DNA of 59,210 nt from a virus (taxonomy: Duplodnaviria; Caudoviricetes): positions 1-59,210 of the IMG/VR virus record IMGVR_UViG_3300035670_000236; one strand, given 5' to 3'. The position numbers and the translations under genes were made by a program. Positions 18,666-28,031 of the stretch are shown here, piece after piece. The stretch's first letter is position 1. The number at the start of each line of letters is the position of its first letter. The notes below the pieces were generated by a model that worked only from the letters and a program-made list of their open reading frames with translations, made no database searches and was not told where the DNA came from.

Positions 18666-19018
18666 TTTGCAAATTTCTCCAGACTAGGGGGTTTCCAACC
18701 CTCAGGCTTCATTACCTTGCCAACTTCATTCTTGATAACCTTCATTGTCTTTCGATCAATCTTATCAAGATTGCTTCGTGCAACTTCATTCCAAGCACCG
18801 TTTACGTCAAATCCTCGCATATGACAATACCCTAGAATCACCCAAATCATGTCCATACACGCATCAAGTTCTTCTACCTTATCACCTTTCTTATAGCCGT
18901 CCATGAATTCCCAAAATTCTTCGACAATCAATTTCTGATATAAGTGTCGATTCGCTTCAGTCTTTGCTTGTTCACATGCTGCGATAAAAGTTGCAACGTC
19001 AATATACATGTTACTCAT
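18662..19018 (-). CDS. MazG-like NTP pyrophosphohydrolase
   Basis: LIVEEF.E...ELDACMD...EVARSNLDK...GKVMKPEGWKPP. Confidence 0.85.
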   Translation of the reverse strand: MSNMYIDVATFIAACEQAKTEANRHLYQKLIVEEFWEFMDGYKKGDKVEELDACMDMIWVILGYCHMRGFDVNGAWNEVARSNLDKIDRKTMKVIKNEVGKVMKPEGWKPPSLEKFAK

Positions 19019-19679
19019 CTTTCACCTCTTCGTAAATTTCACGATACTTGATAAAATCACCAATGTAATCATTGTGCTTCTTTACAAAGATTTGTGGCTG
19101 TTCGCCATCAACTGCAATGACAACTGCGATTCGAGGAACAGGTATGCCAGTCCTCTCTTCATACATGACTGCATAAGCAGAACATTGCATGAAGTAATTT
19201 AGAATCCATTTTTCTTCTTTTGGTTTGCTTGCTGTCTTAAAGTCAATAACAGAAAGTTTTCCGTCAAACTCGGCAATACAGTCTACGCGACCTGCAACTT
19301 TAAGATGATCTGAATATAGGGGAACTTCTAGCGCATGTATGTTGTCGATATACTGATCTAGAATTGGTTGAATCGCTTTGAACATAACAAGTGCGTCAGG
19401 CATTGTATCTCGCGCAAAGTCCTCTTCATTGTTCAAATAGTTTTCACACAACTTATGAACTCTGGTGCCGCGACCAGACGCTCTAGCGGAAACCCGATTC
19501 GCTTCGGCTTCACCAACTCGCTTTCGCCACTCAAGGATTTTATCCTTACCGTGCTGAGAGGTGATGGTAGTGACGGAGGGATATAGCAATCCCTCCGGTG
19601 TTTTATAGAAACGTTTTCCGTTTATTGTTTCTGTTGTCAAATCATAATCGATATCACAACCTACATGTTTAAAATTCAC
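19011..19679 (-). CDS. PD-(D/E)XK exonuclease
   Basis: YPSVTT, RGTRVH, AGRVDCI, IDFKT, Q..AY. Confidence 0.9.
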   Translation of the reverse strand: MNFKHVGCDIDYDLTTETINGKRFYKTPEGLLYPSVTTITSQHGKDKILEWRKRVGEAEANRVSARASGRGTRVHKLCENYLNNEEDFARDTMPDALVMFKAIQPILDQYIDNIHALEVPLYSDHLKVAGRVDCIAEFDGKLSVIDFKTASKPKEEKWILNYFMQCSAYAVMYEERTGIPVPRIAVVIAVDGEQPQIFVKKHNDYIGDFIKYREIYEEVKDE

Positions 19680-19709
19680 TTTGCATATTCCTATTGAGTT
19701 ACTGTATTT

Positions 19710-20507
19710 TTATTTAGCAGCCTCCATAATGTCTTCGTATTGAAGTTTGGCTAGAATGTAATCTTTTACCAATGAAGAACGCACAATGTCATCTACCGTA
19801 AACTCAATACGAGTAAATGCATTCATGTGCGCTGCGATATCGAAAAACTTGAGAATACCACTCATGTCGTTTTTCTTCTTGTTCAAGTCTGTCTGTCGAT
19901 AGTCACCGCACCAAATAATTTTGGAGCGATAACCAACTCGCGTCATGACGGTATCGATTTCTTCGTATGTTAGATTTTGCATTTCGTCAACGATGATGAT
20001 TGCATCATCGAAACTCATACCACGAATGAATGATGTAGAAATAAATTCGATGTGGTGCTGTTCTTCTAATCGTTGATATGCATCTGGTCGACCAAATAAC
20101 GTATGACAAATTTGTTGATAGGGTTGGCGATAGATTTCAGTCTTCTCATTTAGATCACCCGGTAAGTGACCAACTTCTCTTGATGGTACAGCAGAACGAA
20201 CAATAATAATTTTGCTGAAAGAATTTGCTTTGTCTAAAACTTCTTCAAGTGCCTTATACAAGGCGCAGAATGTTTTACCTGTTCCTGCAACACCGTGCAA
20301 TGCTATGAAGTAATCTCCTCTTTTGTATGCATCAAAAAATGTTTTTTGATTTGCAGTAAGCGGTTGAAACGTCTTTAAATCATCCAATCTAATCCTTAAA
20401 CTGTTGTTTATAGATTTTAATTTTGTAGGTCTTTCACTTGGTGCATCAAAAAATTCAGGATTTGCGTTTGCTTGTTCTTTTAGCAGAGCAGCAGATTTTC
20501 TAGCCAT
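19710..20507 (-). CDS. phoH: PhoH-like ATPase
   Basis: GVAGTGKT, GHLPG, FIRGMSF, VDEMQN, GDYRQTD, DIVRS. Confidence 0.95.
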   Translation of the reverse strand: MARKSAALLKEQANANPEFFDAPSERPTKLKSINNSLRIRLDDLKTFQPLTANQKTFFDAYKRGDYFIALHGVAGTGKTFCALYKALEEVLDKANSFSKIIIVRSAVPSREVGHLPGDLNEKTEIYRQPYQQICHTLFGRPDAYQRLEEQHHIEFISTSFIRGMSFDDAIIIVDEMQNLTYEEIDTVMTRVGYRSKIIWCGDYRQTDLNKKKNDMSGILKFFDIAAHMNAFTRIEFTVDDIVRSSLVKDYILAKLQYEDIMEAAK

Positions 20508-20543
20508 GTAAGTTTCCTTATATTGGTTTTACACAGCCCCATT

Positions 20544-20780
20544 TCAAAATGTATTAATATTCCCCCTTGGATGTGCTTCCTTAGCCTTAGCAAGGACCTC
20601 ACGAAAGCCCTGGTCGGGCTTCCTTAATCCTAGACGAATTGGATCACCAATTAATGGAGCGCCCGTAATCAAAGTCTCATATTGAGGGTTTTCTTTTAGA
20701 AACTCTTCCCTCCCACTAATGCTCATAAATTTTTCAAACGTTTCGCCAGTTTCTTTATTATGAAATGTATATGTCGGCAT
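20544..20780 (-). CDS. FmdB-like small protein
   Basis: MPTYTF..ETGETFE; common neighbour of phoH in T4-like phages. Confidence 0.65.
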   Translation of the reverse strand: MPTYTFHNKETGETFEKFMSISGREEFLKENPQYETLITGAPLIGDPIRLGLRKPDQGFREVLAKAKEAHPRGNINTF

Positions 20781-21363
20781 TTTCTATTCCTATTTCCGCA
20801 TCTAGTTCATTCGCCAATTGTGCTTTAGCAAACCATATTGGAGTTTCGCGTTTTGTCCACTTTGCAAAACTTGCTTTCTTATCTATGTAGTATTTATGGT
20901 ATGACGCAAGGGAATCGCCAGGTATTTTACATTCTTCTGGCATTGCTGGAGGCGGTTCTGTTTTATTATACTCAAGCGGAATATTCTTAGGAATGTTCTG
21001 AATAAATGTAGCATACTTTTCACATGCATGTCGCTTTCCATATCGATGCGTATATTCAAGACACAAAGCGCGCCATAGGTAATACAGCCACATGTAATTA
21101 TTGTTATTGGACCGAGTCCAGATGTTTGATGGATGATTAATGTGAGATGCTTTCATCAAACCTGTCTCACGTTCATCAGGCAAACGCCAACGCTTAATTC
21201 TACGACCATTTGCAGTCATATCAATATACTCTTCACCGTCAAGAATTCGGTGTGCAGTAGACATTAACTGTGCATACTCAATGATCATCTTGACAACATG
21301 CTTGTCGCAATGCATTTCGGCACACACTCTAGGGTCATTGTCAAGATAAAAAATGTTCATCAT
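20758..21363 (-). CDS. Pyrimidine-dimer DNA glycosylase-like protein
   Basis: MNIFYLD...HCDKHVVKMIIEYAQLMSTAH, HINHPS..W, EYTHRYGK.H. Confidence 0.75.
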   Translation of the reverse strand: MMNIFYLDNDPRVCAEMHCDKHVVKMIIEYAQLMSTAHRILDGEEYIDMTANGRRIKRWRLPDERETGLMKASHINHPSNIWTRSNNNNYMWLYYLWRALCLEYTHRYGKRHACEKYATFIQNIPKNIPLEYNKTEPPPAMPEECKIPGDSLASYHKYYIDKKASFAKWTKRETPIWFAKAQLANELDAEIGIENADIYIS

Positions 21364-21557
21364 TTAACTCCGAAATGTTCTTTCAACACATAATTCACTT
21401 GATATCCGCCCATTTCATTGTCATATAGAACATCACAACATTCCTGAACAATCAACTCGGCGAACTTTTCAAACTTATCTTCAATACCAAGTCGTTCTGC
21501 TTCGGGCTTATGGAAACCAGCCTCGTTAAAAAGTTTTTCAATTCGTTTGTTCATCAT
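21360..21557 (-). CDS. Hypothetical protein (paralog of next ORF)
   Basis: MN.RI..L...FAELIV.EC...HFGV. Confidence 0.75.
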   Translation of the reverse strand: MMNKRIEKLFNEAGFHKPEAERLGIEDKFEKFAELIVQECCDVLYDNEMGGYQVNYVLKEHFGVK

Positions 21558-21763
21558 TCAACTCCGAAATGTTGTTTAATGCTTCTCGCAATCTGCTCTT
21601 GGCTAGGCGGAACCATCCATCGTGTTTCTTCTACAATCTCTGCACATTCCCGAACAATCAACTCGGCGAACCTTTGAACCATATATTCGTTGGCATAGTC
21701 AAACCTGCCATCATCAGTTATCACAAAACACTCGTGAGCAAGTTCTTTGATTCGTTCGTTCAT
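21554..21763 (-). CDS. Hypothetical protein (MNERIKELA family)
   Basis: Shares FAELIV.EC and HFGV with the previous ORF. Confidence 0.75.
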   Translation of the reverse strand: MNERIKELAHECFVITDDGRFDYANEYMVQRFAELIVRECAEIVEETRWMVPPSQEQIARSIKQHFGVE

Positions 21764-21948
21764 TTCGATTCCTTATATCGTTTCCATACTTCGATAGCCT
21801 CTTCAAGTTCATCCATCTGAGACAATCGAATGTCATCCATAATATTCATGCCGATGAATTCACTTTGCATATTTCGCTTTGTCATTTCCCAAAGTTTATC
21901 TCGGTGCTTTTGTAGAACATCGATTACAACATCAAAGTCTTCTTGCAT
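21760..21948 (-). CDS. Hypothetical protein
   Basis: Tightly packed ORF. Confidence 0.65.
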   Translation of the reverse strand: MQEDFDVVIDVLQKHRDKLWEMTKRNMQSEFIGMNIMDDIRLSQMDELEEAIEVWKRYKESK

Positions 21949-22143
21949 TTATCCTCCAAAGTGTTTGATGATAAGATTCAACGCTTCAATTGCTTTGATA
22001 TTCGAATCAACATCATTTGGATGCAACCAACCGCCTTTCTTATACTCTTTAAGTTCTTTATTCAAATAAGAACGATACTCTTTTAGATTCAAGAGGGTGA
22101 TTTTATCGGCAGTCTCACCATCAATTTCGAGTTTTCTTGGCAT
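21949..22143 (-). CDS. Hypothetical protein
   Basis: Tightly packed ORF with SD. Confidence 0.65.
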   Translation of the reverse strand: MPRKLEIDGETADKITLLNLKEYRSYLNKELKEYKKGGWLHPNDVDSNIKAIEALNLIIKHFGG

Positions 22144-22343
22144 AATTCTTCCTTGATTTTAAATTCTTTACTGCTATAGTGTTGGAGCAAAGTCCGTTCA
22201 ATGTAGCCTAACGTGATACCATAGTGAGGTGCTTTGAATACAAACGGAAGAAAAGACCAATTACCTTTTCTCAGGTAATCATTGTATGCTTTTCTATGTT
22301 TACGATTCGATGCATCAAATACCACTTCAGGCTTTTTGTTCAC
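22089..22343 (-). CDS. Hypothetical protein
   Basis: ORF downstream of a sigma70-like promoter at ~22380-22408. Confidence 0.55.
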   Translation of the reverse strand: MNKKPEVVFDASNRKHRKAYNDYLRKGNWSFLPFVFKAPHYGITLGYIERTLLQHYSSKEFKIKEELCQENSKLMVRLPIKSPS

Positions 22344-22458
22344 TTCTTAGTTCTCCATTTTGAATGATGACCCTTATTCATTATAGCACCATGCCACAAT
22401 AAAGTCAAAGCCACTCGCATTTGGCGAATGGCTTCTTTAAAATAATATTTGCGGTATG

Positions 22459-22953
22459 TCATTCGAATATTAGTCCAAGTGCTAAGTTCAACTTGAATTT
22501 TGTTTCTTCAATGTCATGATGCAAAATACCAATACCACCAGCATCATTGAATGCATCAATAACATCTGGAGTATCATCAATCAAAATTGTATTCTTGTTT
22601 GCGTAACTCTTTTTGATACCGCGACCAGGAACAACATTAGCAAGGTATGTAATACCTTGATTCTGTAGCCAGATGCGTTTCTGTTCCGCAACAGCATCAT
22701 GATGCTTTTTACCGCCAGATGAGGTTAGCATTTCAACATTGATATCAGGAATGCTTCGAACAAACGAAAGCAATTCCTGACCCGTCACATGCCAATCAAG
22801 TTTTTCAAATTGTCGCGTGATAATAAAGTCATCCCAGTCACCTGAAAATTCTTTCTTATCTCGCGATTGACGAGGTGTTCTCCCGAACAAGCCGAGCCAT
22901 CGTGCATCAAAATCGCACAGAACACCATCCATGTCTAGATATAAAGTCTTCAT
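22459..22953 (-). CDS. HAD-family 5'(3')-nucleotidase-like protein
   Basis: LYLDMDGVLCDF, LTS, K..WL, ILIDD, GGIGILH; start trimmed. Confidence 0.85.
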   Translation of the reverse strand: MKTLYLDMDGVLCDFDARWLGLFGRTPRQSRDKKEFSGDWDDFIITRQFEKLDWHVTGQELLSFVRSIPDINVEMLTSSGGKKHHDAVAEQKRIWLQNQGITYLANVVPGRGIKKSYANKNTILIDDTPDVIDAFNDAGGIGILHHDIEETKFKLNLALGLIFE

Positions 22954-23036
22954 TATACTACCAGCACCAATCCAATCATCACCAGATAACAAATGCTCTC
23001 ACCAAACGGAGCAAGATTAATCAAAGTCATATTCAT
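22953..23036 (-). CDS. Small hydrophobic peptide
   Basis: Hand translation MNMTLINLAPFGESICYLVMIGLVLVV*; fills the gap exactly. Confidence 0.4.
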   Translation of the reverse strand: MNMTLINLAPFGESICYLVMIGLVLVV

Positions 23037-23040
23037 CTTA

Positions 23041-23217
23041 TCAGTCATCGGTCATCCTATTGATCAAGTTTTTAATAATCGGTTGAACATGAAAAGAAGG
23101 CTGGCGCGCCATAGCGCAAACATAACTAATTACATCATTACCAGCCAAACCCATGTCCCATGCCTCAAAGACGTACCGCTCAATTTCTTTAACTAGACCT
23201 TCATCTAGCACTTCCAT
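23041..23217 (-). CDS. Hypothetical protein
   Basis: GGAG SD before MEVLDEG. Confidence 0.6.
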   Translation of the reverse strand: MEVLDEGLVKEIERYVFEAWDMGLAGNDVISYVCAMARQPSFHVQPIIKNLINRMTDD

Positions 23218-23230
23218 GTCACTTCTCCGT

Positions 23231-23704
23231 TTATGCAACTCCCCGAATGAAAGCACTCGCATACTCGCGGTCTTCAAAATCGGTAATGTCAGTATCGATA
23301 GCATCAAGCACATCTACTGGACCTTTCTTGCTGAATGCCATTTCATCGGCATCAAAATCAGCAACAGGTGCAGCCTTTACAGCCTTAGCCTTCGCTACCT
23401 TGGGAGCAGCAGCCTTTGGAGCAGCAGCAGTCTTCACAACCTTAGCCTTAGCGACCTTCGGTGCGGTTGCCTTTGCAACTGGAGCAGTACCAGCGCCAGC
23501 GAGTTCATAACTCACAACGGTACGTCCATCGCGGACAGCCTTCACTTCAAAGCCGGTGTTTTTCTTAATCTCCCACAGATAAGTGGAAAGTCGAGTCGCA
23601 ACAATACCATCAAGGCTCTTGATAGCCGAGACAGAAACGGGACCCTTCGCAGCCTGGAGGGCTTCGAACACTTTAACATACTGAAGATTTTTTGCCATAG
23701 TCAA
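23231..23704 (-). CDS. Putative DNA-binding protein (wHTH-like N-terminus, Lys/Ala/Pro repeats, acidic tail)
   Basis: RLSTYLWEIKK...SYEL; APKVAKAK repeats. Confidence 0.6.
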   Translation of the reverse strand: MTMAKNLQYVKVFEALQAAKGPVSVSAIKSLDGIVATRLSTYLWEIKKNTGFEVKAVRDGRTVVSYELAGAGTAPVAKATAPKVAKAKVVKTAAAPKAAAPKVAKAKAVKAAPVADFDADEMAFSKKGPVDVLDAIDTDITDFEDREYASAFIRGVA

Positions 23705-23758
23705 TTTCTCCTTAGAGGTTTATCACAGATTTAATAGTAACACAACACCAACACAATG

Positions 23759-24139
23759 TCAAGCGGTAAGCACATAAGGCTTGTTCCACTTTCCAATGTT
23801 CACGGACACATAGTAAGCGGTGTCGAAATAATCGACCTGGGCATCACTATTGTCATAATAATCAGCACCATACAACGCGGCTAGTGCCTCTCCCAAGAAC
23901 CTCTTGGAATCACCAGTAAAATGCTCATGATACCAATAGGGGTTCACTTGAATACCAAACTTTCGTGCATCTTCACGATCACCGTAGTCTGCGAAAAAGT
24001 CAATCTTACCGGACTTCACGGTCAGACAAATCGTGGAATGATTGTTGACAGACAGAGAACCTTTCACGCCATACTTAGCGAGAACAGGTTTCAGCAGGGC
24101 AGCAATCTTTGCTTTCTTTTCTTGATTCATGTAAGCCAT
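23759..24139 (-). CDS. Conserved early phage protein (LPD29-like)
   Basis: YGVKGSLSV...YYDNSDAQVDYFDTAYYVSVNIG. Confidence 0.6.
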   Translation of the reverse strand: MAYMNQEKKAKIAALLKPVLAKYGVKGSLSVNNHSTICLTVKSGKIDFFADYGDREDARKFGIQVNPYWYHEHFTGDSKRFLGEALAALYGADYYDNSDAQVDYFDTAYYVSVNIGKWNKPYVLTA

Positions 24140-24179
24140 AGTAGGTTTCCTTTACTGTTTTCTCTCACTCAACACCTAT

Positions 24180-24208
24180 ATTATGACACTACCGAGACCG
24201 CTTGTCAA
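24180..24208 (-). promoter_or_regulatory. Sigma70-type early promoter
   Basis: TTGACA-17-CATAAT with TG extension and A/T-rich UP region. Confidence 0.8.
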
Positions 24209-24295
24209 GGGTTTTTTCAACTTTTTTTCAACTTTTTTTGCTGTGTTGCACAAAAGCAACACTTGTAAGTTATTGATTTTCAATGGTTTTTAAGA

Positions 24296-24430
24296 CCCTA
24301 AAATAGCGGTTTTGGGCGGTTTTCCGTAGGGGGTTGATATCTGAGTAGCACCCCACCCCCAAAGCCGCCCAAAAGCCCGGAAAACCGGTCGTTTTTGGGT
24401 TTCGGACAGTCCCCAAGTGTCGGATTCCGG
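24296..24430. repeat. GC-rich palindromic element A (related to 44081-44185)
   Basis: GCGGTTTTGGGCGGTTTT..GGGGG.TGATATC...CCGCCCAAAA. Confidence 0.6.
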
Positions 24431-24435
24431 CTAAA

Positions 24436-24654
24436 TCACTCATATGTTAGTAAGCACTCACTAACATATGCTTCACGTTCAGCATCCGCAATTTCCCGGA
24501 GTTCGGCGTTCACTTCCTCGATCCAGCCGCCTTCCTCATACCATTGACGGTACTCAAGTTCGGCTTGATAGGCTAGATAGCCAGGGTCCTCTTCAATGGA
24601 AATTTCATCAAAGGGATCGAAAGCACTCATCATTTTCTCCAATGTCGATTTCAT
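24436..24654 (-). CDS. Hypothetical acidic protein
   Basis: 72-aa ORF. Confidence 0.55.
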   Translation of the reverse strand: MKSTLEKMMSAFDPFDEISIEEDPGYLAYQAELEYRQWYEEGGWIEEVNAELREIADAEREAYVSECLLTYE

Positions 24655-24666
24655 GGTGAAAGTATA

Positions 24667-24867
24667 TCAGAGGAACGATTCTATGTCAACTTCAATTTCC
24701 CGAATGTTGCCATCAGGCAACACCTCAACAATCTTGCCGAGAATCATCCACTCATCCAACGGCATTTTTTGTTCGGTAAATTCATCCAGAAATTTCTTGC
24801 ATTCTTGCAAAGTCTCGAATTGTTTCGATCCAGTCAAGTTTCGGTCAAAAGGTTTAGCGAGGTACAT
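24667..24867 (-). CDS. Hypothetical protein
   Basis: Translationally coupled ORF. Confidence 0.65.
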   Translation of the reverse strand: MYLAKPFDRNLTGSKQFETLQECKKFLDEFTEQKMPLDEWMILGKIVEVLPDGNIREIEVDIESFL

Positions 24868-25241
24868 TATTCATCTCCATTACAAAATTCAACAAAGGCT
24901 TCATAGTCACCTTCAAAAATCACTTCGGTTGGATTCTTCACAACCACACGATTTTCGAAAACATGGTACTCATAATCCTGCCAGCAGTCGTTTGACGTAA
25001 CCGGGTAGATATAAAATCCACCAACAGACTGTTTAAAATTGGCGATCATTTGAGCCGCAAGGCAACCCATGCCGTTTGCAAGTTTAGGCTTCACTTCACC
25101 GTAACCATTCACAATTTCAAAGCCGCTTAGAAACTCTGCAAGTTCAGCACCATGTCCTGACGGATAACCATCAAACTGGCGATACATATTAATCAGAGGT
25201 GCATCACCATCATACACAAAAGTCAAAGACCTAGTTCCCAT
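24867..25241 (-). CDS. Conserved phage protein (MGTRSLT...YRQFDGYP)
   Basis: Strong SD, coupled ORF. Confidence 0.75.
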   Translation of the reverse strand: MGTRSLTFVYDGDAPLINMYRQFDGYPSGHGAELAEFLSGFEIVNGYGEVKPKLANGMGCLAAQMIANFKQSVGGFYIYPVTSNDCWQDYEYHVFENRVVVKNPTEVIFEGDYEAFVEFCNGDE

Positions 25242-25402
25242 TACGCCTCCTTAGAAAGTGCATTTGCACCAGAATACATGATAGCAAGACCAGCCATTGC
25301 CAACAATGTGCCTTGCAATAGAGTAGCCGATTCAGTCTCAATACCGCCAACAGCGCCAGCAGTAATCAGAATGCCTAGTAAAAATCGAATCGAACCTTTC
25401 AT
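25241..25402 (-). CDS. Small 2-TM membrane protein
   Basis: Hand translation MKGSIRFLLGILITAGAVGGIE...SKEA*. Confidence 0.65.
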   Translation of the reverse strand: MKGSIRFLLGILITAGAVGGIETESATLLQGTLLAMAGLAIMYSGANALSKEA

Positions 25403-25557
25403 TGACCTTCTCCTTTAGCAGTCACTTCGCGGTCTTGCAATTCAGCACCAACAGCAAAGTAAATTTGTTCAAGATATTCTTTCGGCATTTTATCAATACT
25501 CTGATAAAAGTCGGAAGCAACCATCATCAAAATTTCTTCTTCGTTATAGTCATACAT
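25399..25557 (-). CDS. Small hypothetical protein
   Basis: Hand translation MYDYNEEEILMMVASDFY...; coupled at both ends. Confidence 0.6.
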   Translation of the reverse strand: MYDYNEEEILMMVASDFYQSIDKMPKEYLEQIYFAVGAELQDREVTAKGEGQ

Positions 25558-25790
25558 TATACAGTCTCCATTTTACATTTAGCAAGTCGTTTCAAATGAC
25601 GGACAACTTCCTCAGTAGAATCGAATCGATCAGCCGCTAGGGAAGTCAACATTGCTTCCAAAACACCGGACATAGCCGCGTAGGGCGATCCGTATGCTGC
25701 CCGCGCAGCATCCTCATATTCACGCATTGCATTGCGGATCATACCAGCACGGAGAGACCGGGCTTCCATTTCACGCGCAAATTTACTCAT
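25557..25790 (-). CDS. Hypothetical protein
   Basis: GAGGAG SD; first gene after promoter. Confidence 0.7.
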   Translation of the reverse strand: MSKFAREMEARSLRAGMIRNAMREYEDAARAAYGSPYAAMSGVLEAMLTSLAADRFDSTEEVVRHLKRLAKCKMETV

Positions 25791-25817
25791 AACTTCTCCT
25801 CTCAATCAACAGACTAC

Positions 25818-25845
25818 AGTATACCATAGTTGGACAGAATGTCAA
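25818..25845 (-). promoter_or_regulatory. Sigma70-type early promoter
   Basis: TTGACA-16-TATACT. Confidence 0.7.
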
Positions 25846-26025
25846 GGGTTATTTTCGGCTTGTCGCGAAAAAACAACATATGTTAGTAAGCACTCACTAA
25901 CATAACTATAGTCGCGATAAATGAAATTTCCAGAATTCCCATAATGAGAACGGTTATCACATCCGCCGTTTCCATAGTGGAAGCGGCTAGTGTGATATCG
26001 TCCCAGGTATCGCGTAAAAATTCAA

Positions 26026-26253
26026 TCATCGCACGATATCAAAATGTTCGCCGAGATACAAGTCAAAGGTTTTGACAAGGTGTTCGTAGTCGCCTTTCTT
26101 CATTTCCTCAACAATCCGTTCACCCAATTCTGGCGCACCAGATTGTCGGAAAGTTTTCAGAACCACGCCAATCAAATAGAATGCATTGCCTTGTGGACCA
26201 CTCAAGTCAATTTGAGGTTTAAACTTTTTAGGCTTTTTGCGAATCATTACCAC
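26026..26253 (-). CDS. Conserved small phage protein (GPQGNAF)
   Basis: IDLSGPQGNAFYLIG...GDYEHL. Confidence 0.75.
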   Translation of the reverse strand: MVMIRKKPKKFKPQIDLSGPQGNAFYLIGVVLKTFRQSGAPELGERIVEEMKKGDYEHLVKTFDLYLGEHFDIVR

Positions 26254-26513
26254 TCCTTTTGTGCAAAAGGTGTTTCATTGTAGCCAGCCATGTAAGCAGC
26301 AATTTCTTCTTCACTCATGTCCACTTCTTCAATCTTAGTCGATTGATAGGTGTCGCCAGTAAAATAATGAGGTTCCGCAGCCCGACCATAGTATGCATCA
26401 GCACTACCACGGTCGTAAGCGCCACCATGGCGAGTAAACACTTCACGTTCAGAAAAATTCATTTCATCACTCCTAGATGCAGCCATGAGCCGCTTACTTT
26501 GAAAACCAGTCAT
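26247..26513 (-). CDS. Conserved phage protein (HGGAYDRGSADAYYGR)
   Basis: Coupled ORF. Confidence 0.7.
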   Translation of the reverse strand: MTGFQSKRLMAASRSDEMNFSEREVFTRHGGAYDRGSADAYYGRAAEPHYFTGDTYQSTKIEEVDMSEEEIAAYMAGYNETPFAQKEW

Positions 26514-27265
26514 TATGCAGCCTTCAACATGATAGTGGGAAACTTCACAAAACCGCTGGTGTCTTTCTTAGCCTTACCCTTTGCGTAAAGACCAACTACA
26601 ACACCCTTCGGATCAAGGAATCGCAGGTCGGAATCGTCACCGTTGAAAACAGGAACACCTTTGTAATCTTCAGGCATCGGTTCGGTTTTCTTGATACCGA
26701 ACACAACCGCAACATTCATACCAAACAGAGTCATAGCCTTGAAAACGTCAGAATCGTTTCCGTCAGCAGCCGAGAATGTCAGGTGATAATTCGGAATATC
26801 TTTCACTTTACGACCAAGCACCTTGGTGTAGTCATAGAATTGAACCTCAGGAAAAGCGGCGAACACATTACGGAACAATTGTCCGTTACGCACAACCTCA
26901 TACTTTTCAAACGAAAGGTCACTGGTGCCGTTCAGGCGGAACACAGGAATCAAATTTTTCTTGGCGCTTTGCTTGATAGCCAATTCGATATCTTTAACCA
27001 GCAGAGCCATAAACTCAACACGGTTTTCGAAAAACATGCGAGTCTTACGCTTCCTGGCTTCTTGAATCACGTTAGTGGATTCGCCACGCTTAAACATCCC
27101 GCCGCGACCAGCGGTGTTCAGACAGGCTGCGGTGCAACCGGCAGTCCGCTTGGGACAGGTTTCGTAACCGCTTACGTTAGCAGGCGCAAGGTGTAGAATG
27201 TAGGTGTTGTAACCTTGGGACATTCCTTTGAGAATCTTGGGATTACCGGTCGAAAGCAGTTTCAT
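26513..27265 (-). CDS. GP88-like Cys-motif phage protein
   Basis: TCP..TAGC.AACL..AGRG, RLNGTSD, FYDYTK, YHLTFS, GDDSDLRFLD. Confidence 0.7.
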   Translation of the reverse strand: MKLLSTGNPKILKGMSQGYNTYILHLAPANVSGYETCPKRTAGCTAACLNTAGRGGMFKRGESTNVIQEARKRKTRMFFENRVEFMALLVKDIELAIKQSAKKNLIPVFRLNGTSDLSFEKYEVVRNGQLFRNVFAAFPEVQFYDYTKVLGRKVKDIPNYHLTFSAADGNDSDVFKAMTLFGMNVAVVFGIKKTEPMPEDYKGVPVFNGDDSDLRFLDPKGVVVGLYAKGKAKKDTSGFVKFPTIMLKAA

Positions 27266-27295
27266 ATTCAGTCCTTTTCTCACTCAACAGATTCT

Positions 27296-27323
27296 ATTAT
27301 ACACCATTCCTACCGCTTGTCAA
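27296..27323 (-). promoter_or_regulatory. Sigma70-type early promoter
   Basis: TTGACA-16-TATAAT with UP-like A tracts. Confidence 0.8.
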
Positions 27324-27385
27324 CAACTTTTTTCAACTTTTTTTCGATTGTTGCATGAAAACAACACTAGTAAGTAAGCACTAAC

Positions 27386-27613
27386 TTAGCAGTAGAAATT
27401 GGTTTCAAATCCGCAAGCATCATAAACAACTTCACGGACCGCGGTGTCCGTAGCCTCGCCATACAATTGTGCATCCGAATACGCAAGGACGCAAAGTTCC
27501 GAGTAAGTCCTAGCCCAGTCCCAACCGTTTGCCTTAGCGGCTTCAACAATCTTAGCAACAGCGGCATTACCTTCAGCGGTGAACATTGCAAAATCAGTCA
27601 TTATTTTCTCCAA
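27386..27613 (-). CDS. Hypothetical protein
   Basis: FAMFTAEGNAAV...EATDTAVRE. Confidence 0.7.
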   Translation of the reverse strand: MEKIMTDFAMFTAEGNAAVAKIVEAAKANGWDWARTYSELCVLAYSDAQLYGEATDTAVREVVYDACGFETNFYC

Positions 27614-27859
27614 TCAAACCAAATCAACTTGAACCTGATAGCCGCGAACGTCACATGCAAGACCAATCGGCTGAATCTTTTCAACACGGCGCATCATAGC
27701 CAACTTCATCATTGCTTCCCACACGGCTACGCGCTGGTCGGTTTGACCAAACATGTCAAACGCCATTTCTTTCACCGTAGTGTAGAGAATGATGCCGTTA
27801 ATAATAACGCGAAATTTTTGAGAATTTTTGAAACCGTCAATGATCGTTTTGGTACGCAT
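27614..27859 (-). CDS. Hypothetical protein
   Basis: AGGAG SD before MRTKTIIDG. Confidence 0.7.
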   Translation of the reverse strand: MRTKTIIDGFKNSQKFRVIINGIILYTTVKEMAFDMFGQTDQRVAVWEAMMKLAMMRRVEKIQPIGLACDVRGYQVQVDLV

Positions 27860-28001
27860 TCTAGAATCTCCTAAATTAACCGAGGGTCTTAACAGAGCCA
27901 GCAACAGCGCCGCCAGCGAGAACCATCACAAGAAAAACACTCAAAACAACAATCAGAAACGTAGTCATCAAAATCTCCTTATCAATCACTCACTACAGAT
28001 A

Positions 28002-28031
28002 CTATTCTACAGGACTTTCGGCAAAAGTCAA
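28002..28031 (-). promoter_or_regulatory. Sigma70-type early promoter
   Basis: TTGACT...TAGAAT. Confidence 0.6.

Noticed and set aside
19011-19679. Cas4 / CRISPR system
   Set aside because: Ordinary T4-like PD-(D/E)XK exonuclease without the four-Cys cluster; no array
23153-23734. 193-aa + strand ORF (likewise 42680-43285 and 52111-52473)
   Set aside because: Antisense shadows of well-supported genes
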